A stretch of DNA of 62,760 nt, counting the filler, from Rhabdomonas costata (lineage: Eukaryota): the NCBI GenBank assembly GCA_019059605.1. It is 50 parts of 50 records of this genome, joined end to end, with 100 filler letters (N's around TTAATTAATTAA, not from the genome) between each part and the next. Parts side by side here need not be neighbours in the genome. Positions count along the whole stretch, not along the records: positions 60,347 to 61,503 come from JAHMHO010025838.1; positions 61,604 to 62,760 come from JAHMHO010025839.1; 48 more parts are not named here. The stretch is one strand, 5' to 3'. This document shows, piece by piece, positions 61,243-62,760 of the stretch; within the stretch, counting starts at the first letter, position 1, and each line of letters starts with the position of its first letter. The translations under genes were made by a program, and so were the position numbers. The notes beneath the pieces were generated by a model. The model did not search any database, was not told the DNA's origin, and worked only from the letters and a program-made list of their open reading frames with translations.

Positions 61243-62266
61243 GTTGGCTGATGCCCCCCCCCCGTCTCCTCACACCGCATCCGCCCAGTTCTTGCATTCC
61301 ATGCCAAATGGCGTCAGTTTAAGTTATTGGCTGCCCTCTTTCCTTTTAGTTCCGCAGGAAAACGAAAGTTAGTTCTCTCTTTGCTTTACTTTCAAACTTT
61401 GTTGATTTTGCACAAAGTATAATGGCAAAGTGATGATGTGGGTGAGTTAAGGTGTGTTGTTTGAGGTGTGGAACTTTGTGTGATGGTGGTCCTCCCACAC
61501 CCCNNNNNNNNNNNNNNNNNNNNNNNNNNNNNNNNNNNNNNNNNNNNTTAATTAATTAANNNNNNNNNNNNNNNNNNNNNNNNNNNNNNNNNNNNNNNNN
61601 NNNGTTTTTGGGTATTTACATGAACAATAATTTGCAGTTTCAGATGGAAGTTTTTTACAACGTCATATTGGCTCGTCCATTGTTCTTGGTTACTACAAGC
61701 TGCTATCCTGCTATCGACTCGTCAGAGTTGGCTGAGTTTTTTTTAATACTTTTTCCTGTTTATTGATGTAGTAGATTTTTTATGTAGAATTTAAGTTATC
61801 CTATCATCAAGTCGATTTATTGCGGTGTAAAATGGCATGTATTGTACTTGTTGTACGCACTTATGGTATTTCAACGCTTGGTTGTTTGTTCAGTGACTAT
61901 CTTCCAGTAGTGTATTTGGTGAGTCGTAACTGATAAACTCTTTTAACTTTGAAGAAAATCACGTAATTTTTTGTGACTAATACATTCAAATCCTAACATC
62001 GCATAAATAATTGCCAGTGTGATGTAATGTGTCCACTCATTTGTTTCTTGGCTTGGTTTAATTATAAAACCAATGCCCCATTAATTTTCAAGAAAGCTTT
62101 GGTGCTTATGTCACATGATGGTGCCTAGCATGTAGATCCGCAGGCCACTTTGTTGCCTGTTCTCTAGTTGACAACATTGATTATGTTAAGTGCGTCTCCA
62201 CTGGTATATTGATAAAGGCCAGAATATTATGAATTACTTTAGAATTGTACCCACGGCCAGGAACAA

Positions 62267-62325
62267 TAACCCTAACCATAACCGTAACCCTAACACAAAC
62301 GCTAACCCTAACCCTAACACTAACC
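62267..62325. repeat. Interstitial degenerate telomere-type (TAACCC)n repeat
   Basis: About ten 6-bp units: TAACCC TAACCA TAACCG TAACCC TAACAC AAACGC TAACCC TAACCC TAACAC TAACC. Confidence 0.85.
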
Positions 62326-62760
62326 ACCAAAGTTAACGTCAAAGAAGCCAATAAACACATGTCACTATAAGTAGCCGTCTCCATCCATTTTCTTCGCTTC
62401 TTGTCATCTCCAACAATTTCAAAAAGATCATAAAGCTTAAGCATATCCAAAAAGAACCTGAAGACAGAGGTGGGTACAATTCTAAAGTAACGCCAAATAT
62501 TACTACAATTGCGTAGAACAAATACATCATTTACACGGTGTTTGCGGAATAAGATAAGCTGGGTATTCATATCGGTCTTGCAAAACCATCATCGCAGGTC
62601 ACAGTATTACCCAGTAGAAGCTCCCGTAATAGTGTCATTTCACCATAAATTAGAGCTGAACGTCATGTTTGATGATGACTCTAAGCCTTGATACAAATGT
62701 TCTATCACTAGGTAATAACATGAAGATATGGATATGTCAGTTCTCCAAGACTAGTCTCAC

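Noticed and set aside
1159..61603. Regularly spaced TTAATTAATTAA repeats as a CRISPR-like or biological array
   Set aside because: They are embedded in fixed N44 padding and are an assembly concatenation linker.
1..62760. Any operon or gene cluster spanning spacers, for example helicase plus HSP90 plus phosphoesterase
   Set aside because: The contigs are adjacent only because they have similar lengths.

Overview
This window is not a contiguous locus. It is 50 unrelated short contigs (about 1152-1160 bp each) joined by an artificial 100-bp spacer, N44-TTAATTAATTAA-N44. Gene order across spacers is meaningless, and every ORF ending in X...LIN runs into a spacer. Many contigs start with G/T-only bases and end with A/C-only bases, which suggests primer-based single-cell whole-genome amplification. 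Most contigs come from an intron-rich eukaryote with short GC-rich exons and GT-AG introns. An SDH2 exon with the motif KAHQDPTLxFRxSCCE points to a euglenozoan, probably a euglenid. Recognisable exons are SDH2, RTF1 (Plus3), TRAP1/HSP90, RINT1, a UBXN4-like protein, an MPPED-type phosphoesterase, a Rab, a kelch repeat, a PDI-like protein and several surface proteins. Mobile DNA includes two non-LTR reverse transcriptase remnants, a PIF1/Helitron-type helicase pseudogene, a possible Ulp1 protease remnant and a ~315-bp dispersed repeat. There is also an abundant MITE-like family with GGGGCTGTTGTA inverted ends and TTTAAC-N3-GTTAAA palindromes. Two contigs are foreign: a GC-rich bacterial EamA/LysR pair, and a very AT-rich, intronless GNRD-type metallophosphoesterase (possibly giant virus or symbiont) that ends in a long imperfect hairpin. 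No multi-gene system can be supported. All homology calls are from motif recall; no searches were run.
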